In this document: one piece after another, positions 18,108-28,860 of the stretch
How positions within the stretch are numbered: the stretch's first letter is position 1
Layout: each line of letters starts with the position of its first letter
DNA from: a virus
Taxonomy: Duplodnaviria > Caudoviricetes
Virus record (IMG/VR): IMGVR_UViG_3300032322_001160
Location: 1 to 57,647 of that record
Strand: one strand, 5' to 3'
DNA length: 57,647 nucleotides
Position numbers and translations under genes: made by a program
Notes under the pieces: model-generated
What the model was told of the DNA's origin: nothing
Databases searched by the model: none
What the model saw: the letters and a program-made list of their open reading frames with translations, nothing else

Positions 18108-19064
18108 TTACTCCTTAACGTATTTAGCGTATTCCTCTAACGGAACGCCGAGTTTTTTGGCAATCGCTACCTGACTTGGGGTCAGTTTCACGCTGCGGCG
18201 CGCACTATTAACTCCCGACGAACGGGTTGCAGGAGCGACGGAATGCGCGGATCGTGCTCGCTGTTGTTTCTGGGGCGCTTGACCAGCGTTTCCACTTTGG
18301 AACTTGTGAGGAAACGCTTCGCGGATACGCCTGTCCAACTCATCATAATACTCCTCGCTTTGAGGGTCAAATCTTTCCTGATTGATGAGTTGGGCATGAA
18401 TACCAAACACAGCATGCGTCATCGCCGTGTCCTTTCCAAACCAAGCATTCTGTTCGGCCCACTCCTCCGCCCGAGGATCAGGCTCTGACGGCTGAGGTTG
18501 CTGCACCGGCTGCTGCTGTTGCAAAGCTTGGCGCTGCTGAGCTTGATACGCCGCCATCTGATCCTGCTGTTGGCGCTGCGCTGCGGCCTGTTGCACCTGA
18601 CGCTGGTCCATCAAAATGGCCGTCAAACGCTCTTGTGCCTCGGTCTCCGTGTCCAGATCGCCCTCTTCGCGCGCCTGCCGGACCACCTGTTTTAAGGCCG
18701 CAATTTGAGTATCTATGCGGGTTTTAGCCTCGTACAACCGCTCCGTATCGGTCTGCCGGAACTGCTGCTCTAGCTGTGTTGCCCGCTGTTGGACGTTTTT
18801 AGCGTATTCAATCGCCGCCTGCTCACGACGCTCCGTCTCACGTAGTCGTGCAGTCAGCTTTTCAATGCGCTTGCGCACATTGTTGCTGTAATCGTCCAAA
18901 TCCTTAGAATGCTGCTTCTGTTCTTGCTGCGGCTCATCCGGCATCTGAACTTCAGGAGCTTCCTCAAGGCCGGTTAACACCGCCTCAGAGCCGTCCTGAT
19001 TCATTTCCACCGTGGCAGACTCTTCGTCCTCGCCAATGTTGAACTCTAGTTGTTCATTTGACAT
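18108..19064 (-). CDS. Capsid scaffolding protein
   Basis: Acidic N-terminus, long coiled coil, C-terminal LTPSQVAIAKKLGVPLEEYAK capsid-binding-type helix. Confidence 0.78.
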   Translation of the reverse strand: MSNEQLEFNIGEDEESATVEMNQDGSEAVLTGLEEAPEVQMPDEPQQEQKQHSKDLDDYSNNVRKRIEKLTARLRETERREQAAIEYAKNVQQRATQLEQQFRQTDTERLYEAKTRIDTQIAALKQVVRQAREEGDLDTETEAQERLTAILMDQRQVQQAAAQRQQQDQMAAYQAQQRQALQQQQPVQQPQPSEPDPRAEEWAEQNAWFGKDTAMTHAVFGIHAQLINQERFDPQSEEYYDELDRRIREAFPHKFQSGNAGQAPQKQQRARSAHSVAPATRSSGVNSARRSVKLTPSQVAIAKKLGVPLEEYAKYVKE

Positions 19065-19075
19065 TCATTTCTCCT

Positions 19076-19546
19076 TTAAAGCATGTGGACAATGTCTTCG
19101 GGATTGGCAATCGTCGCCAAAACCTCGTCATCGTTGATCAAACGTATCTCGCCACCCTCAATTGGGATGCGCGAACCCGCATAGCGACCGAAAACAATCC
19201 AATCCCCCGGCTTGCACCACGGGCCGTCTGGAAATTTGCTCTCGTCGCAGTACGCCAAAGGACCTACCTCAAGCACATAGGCACAGGTAGTCGCCAATTG
19301 CGTCTTTTTCTGCGTCTCCTCCGCAATCGCAATGCCGCCCTTGGTCACTCGGGCCCCGCGATACGGCAAAAGAGAAATACGCCAGCCTGTCGGGCGAGGG
19401 AGATGGTCCCGAACACTCTCGTTCAGCTTCACCTCATCCAACTGACCTTCATCATTGAAGACATCGTCAATAGTTGGAACCTTGTTCTTCTGCTGGTCCA
19501 ACCATTTACGCTCTAAAGCAGTCAAATTCTCTTCTACAGCTTCCAT
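19076..19546 (-). CDS. groES: Phage-encoded GroES-like co-chaperonin
   Basis: P.G.R..L, TKGGI mobile loop, V.EVGP, KPGDWIVFGRYAG and RLINDDEVLA motifs. Confidence 0.88.
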   Translation of the reverse strand: MEAVEENLTALERKWLDQQKNKVPTIDDVFNDEGQLDEVKLNESVRDHLPRPTGWRISLLPYRGARVTKGGIAIAEETQKKTQLATTCAYVLEVGPLAYCDESKFPDGPWCKPGDWIVFGRYAGSRIPIEGGEIRLINDDEVLATIANPEDIVHML

Positions 19547-19563
19547 GCAGTTCTCCTTCGGGG

Positions 19564-19752
19564 TTAACCATCGTCACTAAACGACTTGAGGCGTTCCCGT
19601 AATGCATCCTCAAGCATGTTCAACCCTTCCAGACGGCCCATCAGGAAACGATACCGCTCCATGGTGGTCACCGAGCCGTTTAAGATCAACGCCTCAGTGT
19701 CAGACCTCAATGACTTAAGGTCCTTTAGAACTGCTTCCGCAAATTCCAGCAT
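19564..19752 (-). CDS. Small helical hypothetical protein
   Basis: GGAG RBS; YRFLMGRLEGL motif; lies between portal and GroES. Confidence 0.6.
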   Translation of the reverse strand: MLEFAEAVLKDLKSLRSDTEALILNGSVTTMERYRFLMGRLEGLNMLEDALRERLKSFSDDG

Positions 19753-19806
19753 GGTAAATCTCCATGAGAGCAGACGGTTCTAGCTACCGTCTGGAAAGCT
19801 TGAAAA

Positions 19807-20067
19807 TCAATAAATCTTAACCGGGTTGTTCCCGTCTTTTTTCTTCACAACCATCGCAGGACCCTGCACACCCTTCATCGCACCGCCCTTAGCCATCTTT
19901 TTCGACTTGCCCGCAGTAGATAGCGCAATCGCCACCGCCTGCTTGACCGCCGCCTTCTTGCCCTTAGGCTTACTTGTACCTATCGAGCCGGTTTTCTTGA
20001 ACTTGCCGACCATCTCACTAATGTTCCCCGAGATTGTCTTCTGACTAGAACCTTTTTTAAGAGGCAT
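19807..20067 (-). CDS. Small basic protein
   Basis: [26 protein letters not shown]; contains MAKGGAM; start placed at ATG 20067 after AGGAG. Confidence 0.7.
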   Translation of the reverse strand: MPLKKGSSQKTISGNISEMVGKFKKTGSIGTSKPKGKKAAVKQAVAIALSTAGKSKKMAKGGAMKGVQGPAMVVKKKDGNNPVKIY

Positions 20068-22423
20068 TTCTCGCTCCTTGCTGTTGGTTAACCTGATTGA
20101 GACGCTCTCGCGCCACGTCCGCTCGCAACATCGCAATGTTTTCTTGCGACTGTACCCGCGCCATGTTAGCGCGCTGTACTTCCGCTGCCTTTTGCTGCTC
20201 TACCTGCAACTTCGCTGATTCAATCTGAATACGCTGGTTGTCCGCCTGCGCACGTTGCTGAATCTCGGCCTCTTTCAACTGCACCACAGGGTCCGGACCC
20301 TCACCTGCCAACTGCGACTGAATGCCACGCAACTCCATCATGCCCTTCGCCACTTCCAACGCAATCATGCCCTCCTTCTGGATCGGGGACACCATCTTGT
20401 CAGGGTCCGCACCATACTCCGAGAACAACTGCGCCTCGACAATTTCCTCCGCCTTCTTGCGAACGTGGTCAAGAATGTGCTTTTGCAAGGTCATCGCCGC
20501 CTGCGGGTTCGCCTGCAACATCGGCGACATGCCCATAATCAAATGCGACAAGATGTGCGCGTCATGTTGCTGTCCAGAGAAGGCCTTCAACTCCATCTGG
20601 TCCAGCACATCCGCATTTTCTTGCGCTGGGTCCTTCGGCATCTGCGTATTCTGCGGTCTCAAGATGCCATCAATGTCTCGGACGTTCATCGCCGCATACA
20701 CACGGTAGTACGCCTCGTACATGTTGTGCATCATCGGCGCTGTCTGTGCCAACTGCAACTGCGTTTGCGCCAAAGTGATCCTCTGGGCAACGGAGAAGAT
20801 GTTAGGATCAGCAACAGGAAGCACTGCCACCAGTTGATTAAAGTCCTGCTTCTTGATTTTTCTCGACGCACCCGGCACCTCGTACGGATATTCGTCCGGC
20901 AGATACTTTCCAAAGCCCTTCGCCAACAATTGGAACTCGATCTTCTGCGCATAATGCAGGCGCTTGTGGATCGCCGACATTACCATCGAGCCTTTTTCCA
21001 ACAACGCGATGGTCGTGCCCACCGCCGCCATCTGATTGCCCTCACCAACCTGCATATCGGCAATCGATGCCAAGCGTTTGCCCGCATCCACCACAAAACC
21101 AAGCAACGAGAACAGCGTCTGGCTCGGCTCTTTGTACGGCAACGGCAATAATGACGACGTTAGCTCCGCACCACCCGCGTCAATGTCTCGCCACTCGCCC
21201 GGTTGGATCGGATTATCGCTATCTGCGATACGCGCACCCTTCGCTTTGAAGCCCGCAGGCAGATTCGAGAGCGTTCCAGCGTCCAAAAGCTGACGCAACG
21301 CCATCGTTGCCGTCTTCGACAAGCCACCAATCAGGTGCACAAAGCCCAAACCGTACGCGCCCAAGCCCTCCACCAGCACATAATGCACAAAAGCAGGAAT
21401 TCGGAGCTTTAATTCGTCCTTTTCTTCCCAGTTTCGACGCACACCGACCACGCGACCGCTCACTTCCTCAATCGTAATCAAGAAAGGCAGCTTAATTCCC
21501 GTCGGTTCCCCGTCTTCACCCACATCTTCAAAGCCCGGCACGTCATAATCGACGTGCATCTCAAGCAAAAACATCTCCTCCGCGTCGTCAGACGGCGTTA
21601 AACCCGTCTGTTTGTTGACTGCCTCGGAAATATCGCTCGCCGTTGGGTCATACGCCTCCGGCTGCAAGTCCAAATCAAGGTACTCACCCGCCAAAACACG
21701 CTTTTTGAACTCGTTTGCGGACATCGCCACACGATGCGTGATCCGTGAGCATTGGGCCATGACGCTTGAACCGTAGTACGGGATGTACAAATCGTCCGCC
21801 AAGACCAATTTGGACACCATCCGACCCAAGTAACGGTCAAAATAAACCTTCTTGAACACCGATCCACCATAACCAAGGTAGAACAGCGCCTGATCAAACT
21901 CCGGTGTGTACTCCTCCATCACCGTTGTGATCTGATAATTCATAAAATCTTGAACGCGAGCCGCTTGTTGGGCCTTGTCCAACGTCTCTTTGCCCACGAT
22001 CTGCGTTCTAACCGGGCCACTCGACGGCATCAACTCCTTCATCGCCTGTGCTTGGAACTGCACAATGGCTTCCGTCAACATCGGATGCACTGCCCCAGCC
22101 GCACCACGGAAAGGCTTGGTCCGCTCTTCAAGCTTCAAGCCCAACAGATCAAGGCCCTTGGAGTACATCGTCTCCCAATCCGACCGCGATGACTTGTCCG
22201 CCTCGTAAAAAGCCAACAACGTCTGCGACATCTCGGACAAATCGTCGGCGCTAATTACCTCTGCAAGGTTGTCGTAGAAGTCAACTTCCGCTGCTTCCTC
22301 CTCACCCATTTCAATCGTCGCCCCACCGTCCTCTTCCAAGACGATTTCAATCTCAGGCATGCCCGCCGCTTCAATCTCCACGGACAAGGGCTTTTCGTTT
22401 TCCCCGAGCTTATCTATTGGCAT
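20057..22423 (-). CDS. Portal protein
   Basis: 788 aa; [38 protein letters not shown] and PLPYKEPS motifs; long C-terminal coiled coil like a P22-type barrel. Confidence 0.88.
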   Translation of the reverse strand: MPIDKLGENEKPLSVEIEAAGMPEIEIVLEEDGGATIEMGEEEAAEVDFYDNLAEVISADDLSEMSQTLLAFYEADKSSRSDWETMYSKGLDLLGLKLEERTKPFRGAAGAVHPMLTEAIVQFQAQAMKELMPSSGPVRTQIVGKETLDKAQQAARVQDFMNYQITTVMEEYTPEFDQALFYLGYGGSVFKKVYFDRYLGRMVSKLVLADDLYIPYYGSSVMAQCSRITHRVAMSANEFKKRVLAGEYLDLDLQPEAYDPTASDISEAVNKQTGLTPSDDAEEMFLLEMHVDYDVPGFEDVGEDGEPTGIKLPFLITIEEVSGRVVGVRRNWEEKDELKLRIPAFVHYVLVEGLGAYGLGFVHLIGGLSKTATMALRQLLDAGTLSNLPAGFKAKGARIADSDNPIQPGEWRDIDAGGAELTSSLLPLPYKEPSQTLFSLLGFVVDAGKRLASIADMQVGEGNQMAAVGTTIALLEKGSMVMSAIHKRLHYAQKIEFQLLAKGFGKYLPDEYPYEVPGASRKIKKQDFNQLVAVLPVADPNIFSVAQRITLAQTQLQLAQTAPMMHNMYEAYYRVYAAMNVRDIDGILRPQNTQMPKDPAQENADVLDQMELKAFSGQQHDAHILSHLIMGMSPMLQANPQAAMTLQKHILDHVRKKAEEIVEAQLFSEYGADPDKMVSPIQKEGMIALEVAKGMMELRGIQSQLAGEGPDPVVQLKEAEIQQRAQADNQRIQIESAKLQVEQQKAAEVQRANMARVQSQENIAMLRADVARERLNQVNQQQGARNAS

Positions 22424-22432
22424 GACTCTTCC

Positions 22433-25400
22433 TTAAATGTATTTACGCTTACCGGGGAGCTTTTTACCGACTCTACCGCCCTTGGCAAACTCGTCTACCG
22501 AACCTTTGATCGCGGACTCTGGCAGAACATACTCCGCCCAGTCATCCGGTCCGTTTTCTTCACGAATTAAATAGCCCGGCTCATACGGCGTTCTTTTGGC
22601 TTTACCTGTTTCTGGATCACGAACAGCCTTCAAGGTCTTAGGGTCACGCACAACCATATCACCATATAGACGCTTGGACTTGATTGTATATGGCGCTTTA
22701 TTCTTCTTTGCAGAATCTTCAGTAAAGACCCGCTGCCCCGGTTTGTACTTGAACTCCATCTCGTCCATCTGCTGCCGCATCTTTGCAGCACGATCGCGGA
22801 CGCTGTCGCCTAACGAAGTATGCACGTCCTGTAGCGTGGTCAACTCTTTACCAGCAACCTGCGACTCTTTCGCGCCCATCTTCGTCAAGGCCTTTGCCGC
22901 CTTTCGAACGATGCCACCGCCTGCAAAGCCCTGAGTGCCTTCTTTGTAGTTCTTGTACTGGCTATACAAATCACCCCAGTTGACTGTTGGACGATCTGCT
23001 TCGTCCAAGTTGGTCCCAGCACGATCATACCGATACGTTTCTGACGTGATCTTTCTAGGGCCTAGTGTGTCAAACAACTCAAACACTGCGCGTTGTTCTT
23101 CCGCACTCGGCGCACTGTTAAACTTTGACTTGACCTGAGTGACGTCCAAACCGTCTTCGGTAAATTCGGTCTGCACAGTTACCTGAGGAACACCCTTCTC
23201 ATTGCGCAGCGAGAAAATGCGCGCGCGTCCAGAAATAAAGCCCTCTTTACCGCCATGACCATAAGAGTCCTTGTACTTATAATCCCCGACAGAGTGTCTC
23301 ATCGCAGCACCCTCTAGCTCCACCGCATCAGGTGTCATGATCCGCACCCACTGCCTATTTTTGTCTATCTCGTAAACAGGCGTGGTGCCTTTAAAGTAAA
23401 TTTCTTTTGGAATCTTTTTGCCTTCCTTCGCCGTTTCTATCACCGTCTGCCAGTCACGCTTTAAACGCATGTTCTGCGCACCACGGATCACAGCATCAGA
23501 GAAGGTCATGCGCTCCAAATCCTTGAGTGATCCTGCTGCAACAATTGAAGCTATATCCTCTGCAACATTAGTCGGTTTTAAAAAGTCCATTGCAGGGGTT
23601 TGGGACAGATCGTAGATCGGCTGCTCCTTCGTCGCCGCATACAATACTGACTGCGCTCCGGGGTCTGTTTTACCCACACCACGAATAAAGTCTGTTTGCA
23701 ACTCGGGGGGAACCTCTTCCATTGCCTTTAGCAACTCCCCCAACCTCTTTCTTGCAGGATTAAAAGACGACTCCGCCAGTTCTTTCGAAGAATACGGATA
23801 AAGACTGCCTATATTGATATGCTCTGGCAGCACCCCCGCGTTCTCTAATGCTTGACGCTGTTCCGCCTCTACACGATTCGATGTTGTAAACCCGCCCTGC
23901 CGCCCCTCTGGCTTGTTATACACAATGCCTTTTAGCTTCGTTGCCTCATCGTAGACTCGTTCAAGGTCTTCTATCGCGGTAGGCCGTCCCGCACGTACGG
24001 CGTCTAAAACATAATCCCTGAAGAGATTTTTATCCTTGCCGTATACCCCTAAACGACCTTCAGTCAACGCTTCTCGAAAGGGATCGTTTGGCGTTCCAAA
24101 GTCTGTCGTAAAATATTTGCGACCCTTGGTTCGGATGAAGTCTGCGACAGTCTTGGCGTCCTTACCCGCTAGCCCTTCCGCCTTAGACAAACCCTGAACT
24201 ACCTCCTCTAGGTATTGATCTAGTTTAGAATCAAACCCCGCAGGCATAAAGTTCCCACCAGTTGGTTTGACCACGTACATCGGGCCTACACCTAGTTTGG
24301 CATCTAGTCGCTCTAATTTTTGCGCGGCTACCGGGCCGAGCTCTTCCAAGGCTTTCTTCGCGCCCGTCTTCACGCCCTTAGCCGTCTTACTGACCGTACC
24401 CGCTGGAATAGGCAACGGCAAGTACGAGCCCACCTCTTCAAAGCCCGCACCTTCTTTCGTTGCCTTCGTCATGCGCTTAGGCATGTAGTCGCGCAAGACC
24501 TCTTCCGTCGTGGCAAACTTCCTCGTCTTATCACTCTCACGGAAGATCGATTCGATGTCCCCCACTGATCCGGGGATCGCGGCCACTGAGCCGCGTACTG
24601 CCGACTCCAGATTTGACACACCTTCACCCATCACGTTACGCAACAGTCGCGCTGAATCAGACAAGACCGAACCCGTTCCCTTCTTGGACCTTAAGCCCGC
24701 CAAGGTATCCTTCGTAATCCCGCCTTCGCCAATCGCGATCTCGCCGTAAACAGGAGAACCCTCTGCGCGACGAACTAATCCACCTTTGCCATACTGCTGT
24801 ACGGGGACAGTGGCGGCGTCACTATCCCCCGATAACTTTTTTAGTAAAGCCCTCGATCGACTGTCCGCCACCTCACCCTCCGGCGGTGAACCCTCCGCTC
24901 GCGGTATCGCACCAATATACGCCTCACGGTCCGCATTGGCCTGATCAATCTTGGCGTACTCATTACCGATCAACTGATCAAAATATTCAGAGTACTGATC
25001 TAGCCCCGCCTGCTGTGCCCTCGACTTCGCCAAGTCCAACGTCGTAATGTTCTTGTTGTACGCTGCAACCAACGGATCAAACGTCTTGTTAATCGCCGCA
25101 TCCGTCGTCGTCTTGTTCACCGTAATCGCAGGACGCGTGTACTTCGGATACGCACGACCGGCGTTAAACGAACCAATCGCCGCTGCCGCCGCTGTCTTCA
25201 AAGCAGTCGCCTGCGTAACCTCCGCCTTCTGCGGATTCAATACGTCGTTCAAGAAGTTCATCGCAACATCACTCTTGGCACCATACAACGTACTCAACTG
25301 GTTGTACGTGTTCTGTGCCGCCGTCATGTCCTTCGTCTGACGCGCAATCTCCGGATCAAACAACGCCGCATTCATCTTCGAGAAGTCAACCGTGCTTATG

Positions 25401-27139
25401 TCCACCGGTGCAAACGCATCAATCTTCTGAGCCACTAACTGCTTACCCAAAATGTAGTCACGCATCGGATCAGGCTGCGCCGCGTCAATCGCCGACTGCC
25501 GCTGACCCAGCGCTTGCGTATACTTGTCCGTCTCAGTCTGCAACAACTGATCCAACTGCGACGCGTATTCAGTGAAGCCCGTGTTGGACGCCGCATCACG
25601 AGCCTTGGTCAACGCGCCGATGTTCGTCTCAAACGCCTTGATCGACGGTGCATACGCCGCAATCGTCTGCTGCTCATTGCGGAAGTCCGCTACCACCGCA
25701 GGCGCTACCTTGTACGCACGACCCGCGTTAATCGCATTGAACGCCGCCGTTGCCGCAGCCCTGTTGGCTGTTGCCTGAGTGCCCACGGTCAACGCATCGA
25801 CATCCGCCTTCTGCGGCACGACTATCGTATTGAAATAGTCTTTGACAAAATCCACGTCCTTGCCATACGCCGCCGCCAACTGGTTGTACGTGTTCAACGC
25901 AGCGTTGTACTCGTTCGTCTGCCGCGTTACCGACGCGGTGTATGGGTCAACCGGTGGTCCCACTGGCACACCCAATGTTGCAATGTCCGTTGCACCCGTA
26001 AATTCCGGCAACTTCAACGCCGTAAACTGCGCCTGTTGCAAACGCTGACGATACTGCTCAGGCGTCTCAAACGCCGCCGCCGCGCCCGTGAAGTACTTAT
26101 TCACGTACGCCTGATCCGCCTTGGACCTCGCTAACTCGGACTCCTGCTGAGCCAAGATCGGCTTTAGCTGCTCGACCAACGGCATATTGCCCTCGGCCAA
26201 GGCCTTGTTGTATTCGTTACGTACCGCCGTTGCATCCGCCTGCTGACGCGTGACAATGCCCTTATACGCCTCACCTACCTGCGCCTTGTCACCCACGCCA
26301 GATAACTGTTCCGGGGTCAGTGTCACGTAGTCCGCGTACGTGTAACCACCCGGCGTTACATTGGGCAAAGGCTCCGGTGCTGTCGGCGTAATCGTGCCAC
26401 CGCCCGTCGTTGGTGTACCCGTGTCCGCATACGGACTCGTTTGCAACGGACCCTGATACGTTTCTAACCCGCCATAGGTGATGCTCGGCTCATACCGCAC
26501 TAACGTCGGCTGTGCCTTCTGTAACTGTTCCTTCGTCAACAGTGTCGGTCTTTGGAACGTCTGGGCAGTCGGTGTGTACGCAGACGAACCCGTGGTGTAG
26601 TCCGGCATCGCTGCCATCGTCGAAGGATTGATCTGCTCAAACAACGACCGCGCTGTCGTCGTCGGTGCCGACACAGGCTGAGACAAAGTAGGCTGCGCGC
26701 CAATGCCCGCAATCGCCGGAGTCGGCGTGATGATGTTCGGGCCCGTGGGCGGTGTATACGTAGGCTGGAATGTCGGGATGTTGATCTGGCTCGGCGTACT
26801 TGCCGCCGTTGTCGGCTGCGACAAATTCGCACCGAACAAATTCTCCACCGGCGCACCCGCATTGATCTGCTTGTTGATGTCCAACAATTCCGGGAACGGC
26901 GTCTTCTGTACCTCACCACCGTCGGCAAAGGTCTGCAACATCTGTGCTGCCGTGCGACGCGGCGCAGGCGGTGTCATTGGTGTTGGCATAGGGCGCTGTG
27001 GGATGCGACTTAAAATCGCGGCAGAATCCTCTACCTCCCCGCCCTCTGCAAAATACGACACAGTAGGCTCCACTTCATTTTCCATACTGTCGTCATATGC
27101 TGACGACAAGTCGTCAATGGTCAGTTCACGCTCATCCAT
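22433..27139 (-). CDS. Large modular protein with internal repeats and a PcfJ-like domain; probable virion cargo
   Basis: 1568 aa between terL and portal; LEGAAMRHSVGDY..IFSLR..PQVTVQ resembles PcfJ; several FAxGGxV motifs. Confidence 0.7.
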   Translation of the reverse strand: MDERELTIDDLSSAYDDSMENEVEPTVSYFAEGGEVEDSAAILSRIPQRPMPTPMTPPAPRRTAAQMLQTFADGGEVQKTPFPELLDINKQINAGAPVENLFGANLSQPTTAASTPSQINIPTFQPTYTPPTGPNIITPTPAIAGIGAQPTLSQPVSAPTTTARSLFEQINPSTMAAMPDYTTGSSAYTPTAQTFQRPTLLTKEQLQKAQPTLVRYEPSITYGGLETYQGPLQTSPYADTGTPTTGGGTITPTAPEPLPNVTPGGYTYADYVTLTPEQLSGVGDKAQVGEAYKGIVTRQQADATAVRNEYNKALAEGNMPLVEQLKPILAQQESELARSKADQAYVNKYFTGAAAAFETPEQYRQRLQQAQFTALKLPEFTGATDIATLGVPVGPPVDPYTASVTRQTNEYNAALNTYNQLAAAYGKDVDFVKDYFNTIVVPQKADVDALTVGTQATANRAAATAAFNAINAGRAYKVAPAVVADFRNEQQTIAAYAPSIKAFETNIGALTKARDAASNTGFTEYASQLDQLLQTETDKYTQALGQRQSAIDAAQPDPMRDYILGKQLVAQKIDAFAPVDISTVDFSKMNAALFDPEIARQTKDMTAAQNTYNQLSTLYGAKSDVAMNFLNDVLNPQKAEVTQATALKTAAAAAIGSFNAGRAYPKYTRPAITVNKTTTDAAINKTFDPLVAAYNKNITTLDLAKSRAQQAGLDQYSEYFDQLIGNEYAKIDQANADREAYIGAIPRAEGSPPEGEVADSRSRALLKKLSGDSDAATVPVQQYGKGGLVRRAEGSPVYGEIAIGEGGITKDTLAGLRSKKGTGSVLSDSARLLRNVMGEGVSNLESAVRGSVAAIPGSVGDIESIFRESDKTRKFATTEEVLRDYMPKRMTKATKEGAGFEEVGSYLPLPIPAGTVSKTAKGVKTGAKKALEELGPVAAQKLERLDAKLGVGPMYVVKPTGGNFMPAGFDSKLDQYLEEVVQGLSKAEGLAGKDAKTVADFIRTKGRKYFTTDFGTPNDPFREALTEGRLGVYGKDKNLFRDYVLDAVRAGRPTAIEDLERVYDEATKLKGIVYNKPEGRQGGFTTSNRVEAEQRQALENAGVLPEHINIGSLYPYSSKELAESSFNPARKRLGELLKAMEEVPPELQTDFIRGVGKTDPGAQSVLYAATKEQPIYDLSQTPAMDFLKPTNVAEDIASIVAAGSLKDLERMTFSDAVIRGAQNMRLKRDWQTVIETAKEGKKIPKEIYFKGTTPVYEIDKNRQWVRIMTPDAVELEGAAMRHSVGDYKYKDSYGHGGKEGFISGRARIFSLRNEKGVPQVTVQTEFTEDGLDVTQVKSKFNSAPSAEEQRAVFELFDTLGPRKITSETYRYDRAGTNLDEADRPTVNWGDLYSQYKNYKEGTQGFAGGGIVRKAAKALTKMGAKESQVAGKELTTLQDVHTSLGDSVRDRAAKMRQQMDEMEFKYKPGQRVFTEDSAKKNKAPYTIKSKRLYGDMVVRDPKTLKAVRDPETGKAKRTPYEPGYLIREENGPDDWAEYVLPESAIKGSVDEFAKGGRVGKKLPGKRKYI

Positions 27140-27179
27140 GGCGTACCCTTAACAAGGTTAAACTGCACAGATTCTAGGG

Positions 27180-28646
27180 CTAATAATACTCATACACAAG
27201 CGAATCACTCGACTCTTCCTCGACATCGTCCGTCTGCAAGGTCACAAAGTTCCCCTGACGGAACCGCATCATCGCCTGTGTTGTCGAATCGACCATGTCG
27301 TCGTTGTCGCCATTGGGGAACGCCGCACACTCCTCGATCAACTCCTCCGCCCACTCCGTCTCCGGTGCCCAGACCATCCGGCTCTCAAACAAAGGGGCCA
27401 CCGCATGCGCCCGGCTGATCTTGTCCTGCCCGGCTCGCCTGCCACCGGGGTTGTACATCGTCACAGGAATCCCCACTCGACGCAACTCCTGCTGCAAAGT
27501 AACGCCCGTGGCCTTGGCCTCGATCAAGACATTGTCCGGATTCCAATAGGTGTACTGCTCCTTGGCAATCCGCTTTAACTCCGGAAAATCCCACCGACCC
27601 TTAACGACATCCAACAAAATAATGTTTGGACCCGAGTCCGCGTCCGGGACAAAAACACCCCACGTCGTGATCACCGAGAAGTCAGCCGTCTCTTTCTTCG
27701 AGTACGCCGTATCGTAACTCTGGATCAAATACTCACACTTGGGCGGGGAGTTGTGCGTCCATCGCTGCCACCACTCCCTTTTCAAAATGGCACCCTCTTC
27801 CGCCGTGGGCTGCTGCTGCCACTGCGCTTGCCACTTCCGAAGGCCAATCGACATCTTGACCTTCTCTAACTCCTCTAGCTTCCAGTACTCCGGCCACAAA
27901 GGCGTGTTGCTCGGCAAAATAGCCGGGAACTCCAATACCTCCCACTGGTCCGATTTCAACTGGCCTTGCTGCTTTAATAAGCGGCCCGACAGATCATCCG
28001 TCCGCCATCTTGTGTTAATGATAATGATCGAGCCGTCCGGCTGCAAACGCTGACGAGGGCCAGACGTGTACCACTCCCACGTGCCCTCCATCGCGGTGTC
28101 CGACAAAGCATCCTGTTCGTCCAAGATGTCGTCCAGAATCACCACGTTACCGCCACGGCCCGTCATCGCACCGCCCTTACCGATGAAGAACGCTTCACCG
28201 CCAGCATTCGTGTCCCACCGGCCCGCTGCCTTGGAATCCGCCGATAACGAGAAATCCGGAAACAACTCCCGATAACGCTCCTCCGCCACAAGATTTCGAA
28301 TCATCCGGCCAAAACGCTGCGCTAACTCCGCCGTGTGCGAACCGACAATGAGTTTCGAATCAGGCTTCTTACCCATCAGGTACGCGGGGAACAGATAACT
28401 GCCCATCTGGCTTTTGCCATGGCGGGGAGGCATAGCGATCATTAACCGCTTACAACGGCCCGCTACCACGTCGTCCAACTTCTTCGCGATCCGACGGTGA
28501 TGCTCGCCGACGATCATCTCAGGCCACACGTAGCGGCAGAAGTCCAGAAAGCTTGAAGTGGCGCGTTCTTGGGTTTCAAGCTGCAAGAGTCGGAGTTCGA
28601 GCTTTACGCGTTCGGCTTCAACGTCTTGTTGATTTGATAAGGTCAT
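27180..28646 (-). CDS. terL: Terminase large subunit
   Basis: Walker A MPPRHGKS, Walker B VILDD, IIINTRW, nuclease SYDTA and DDMVD; start could be 28646 or 28664. Confidence 0.93.
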   Translation of the reverse strand: MTLSNQQDVEAERVKLELRLLQLETQERATSSFLDFCRYVWPEMIVGEHHRRIAKKLDDVVAGRCKRLMIAMPPRHGKSQMGSYLFPAYLMGKKPDSKLIVGSHTAELAQRFGRMIRNLVAEERYRELFPDFSLSADSKAAGRWDTNAGGEAFFIGKGGAMTGRGGNVVILDDILDEQDALSDTAMEGTWEWYTSGPRQRLQPDGSIIIINTRWRTDDLSGRLLKQQGQLKSDQWEVLEFPAILPSNTPLWPEYWKLEELEKVKMSIGLRKWQAQWQQQPTAEEGAILKREWWQRWTHNSPPKCEYLIQSYDTAYSKKETADFSVITTWGVFVPDADSGPNIILLDVVKGRWDFPELKRIAKEQYTYWNPDNVLIEAKATGVTLQQELRRVGIPVTMYNPGGRRAGQDKISRAHAVAPLFESRMVWAPETEWAEELIEECAAFPNGDNDDMVDSTTQAMMRFRQGNFVTLQTDDVEEESSDSLVYEYY

Positions 28647-28860
28647 AGGTTTTGAATTTTGCAAAAATTTTTCTAGGCAATTGATTTTGCAGGGAAAGGG
28701 GGTGTTTCACGTGGAACCATAACTCAAAACTTTTGAATTGGTAACTATTTGTGTGAAATCGGGCCAAGGCGTTCGCCAGCCAGACCGGGGGGCCATTTTT
28801 GGTTAGTGGGTACTCACTTCGCCGAGATGCTAGATAAATGGTCGCCGGGACTCTGCCCCC

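Noticed and set aside
20255-21151. Long + strand ORFs antisense to portal, capsid, polymerase and other genes
   Set aside because: Shadow frames of well-supported - strand genes, with no motifs or RBS
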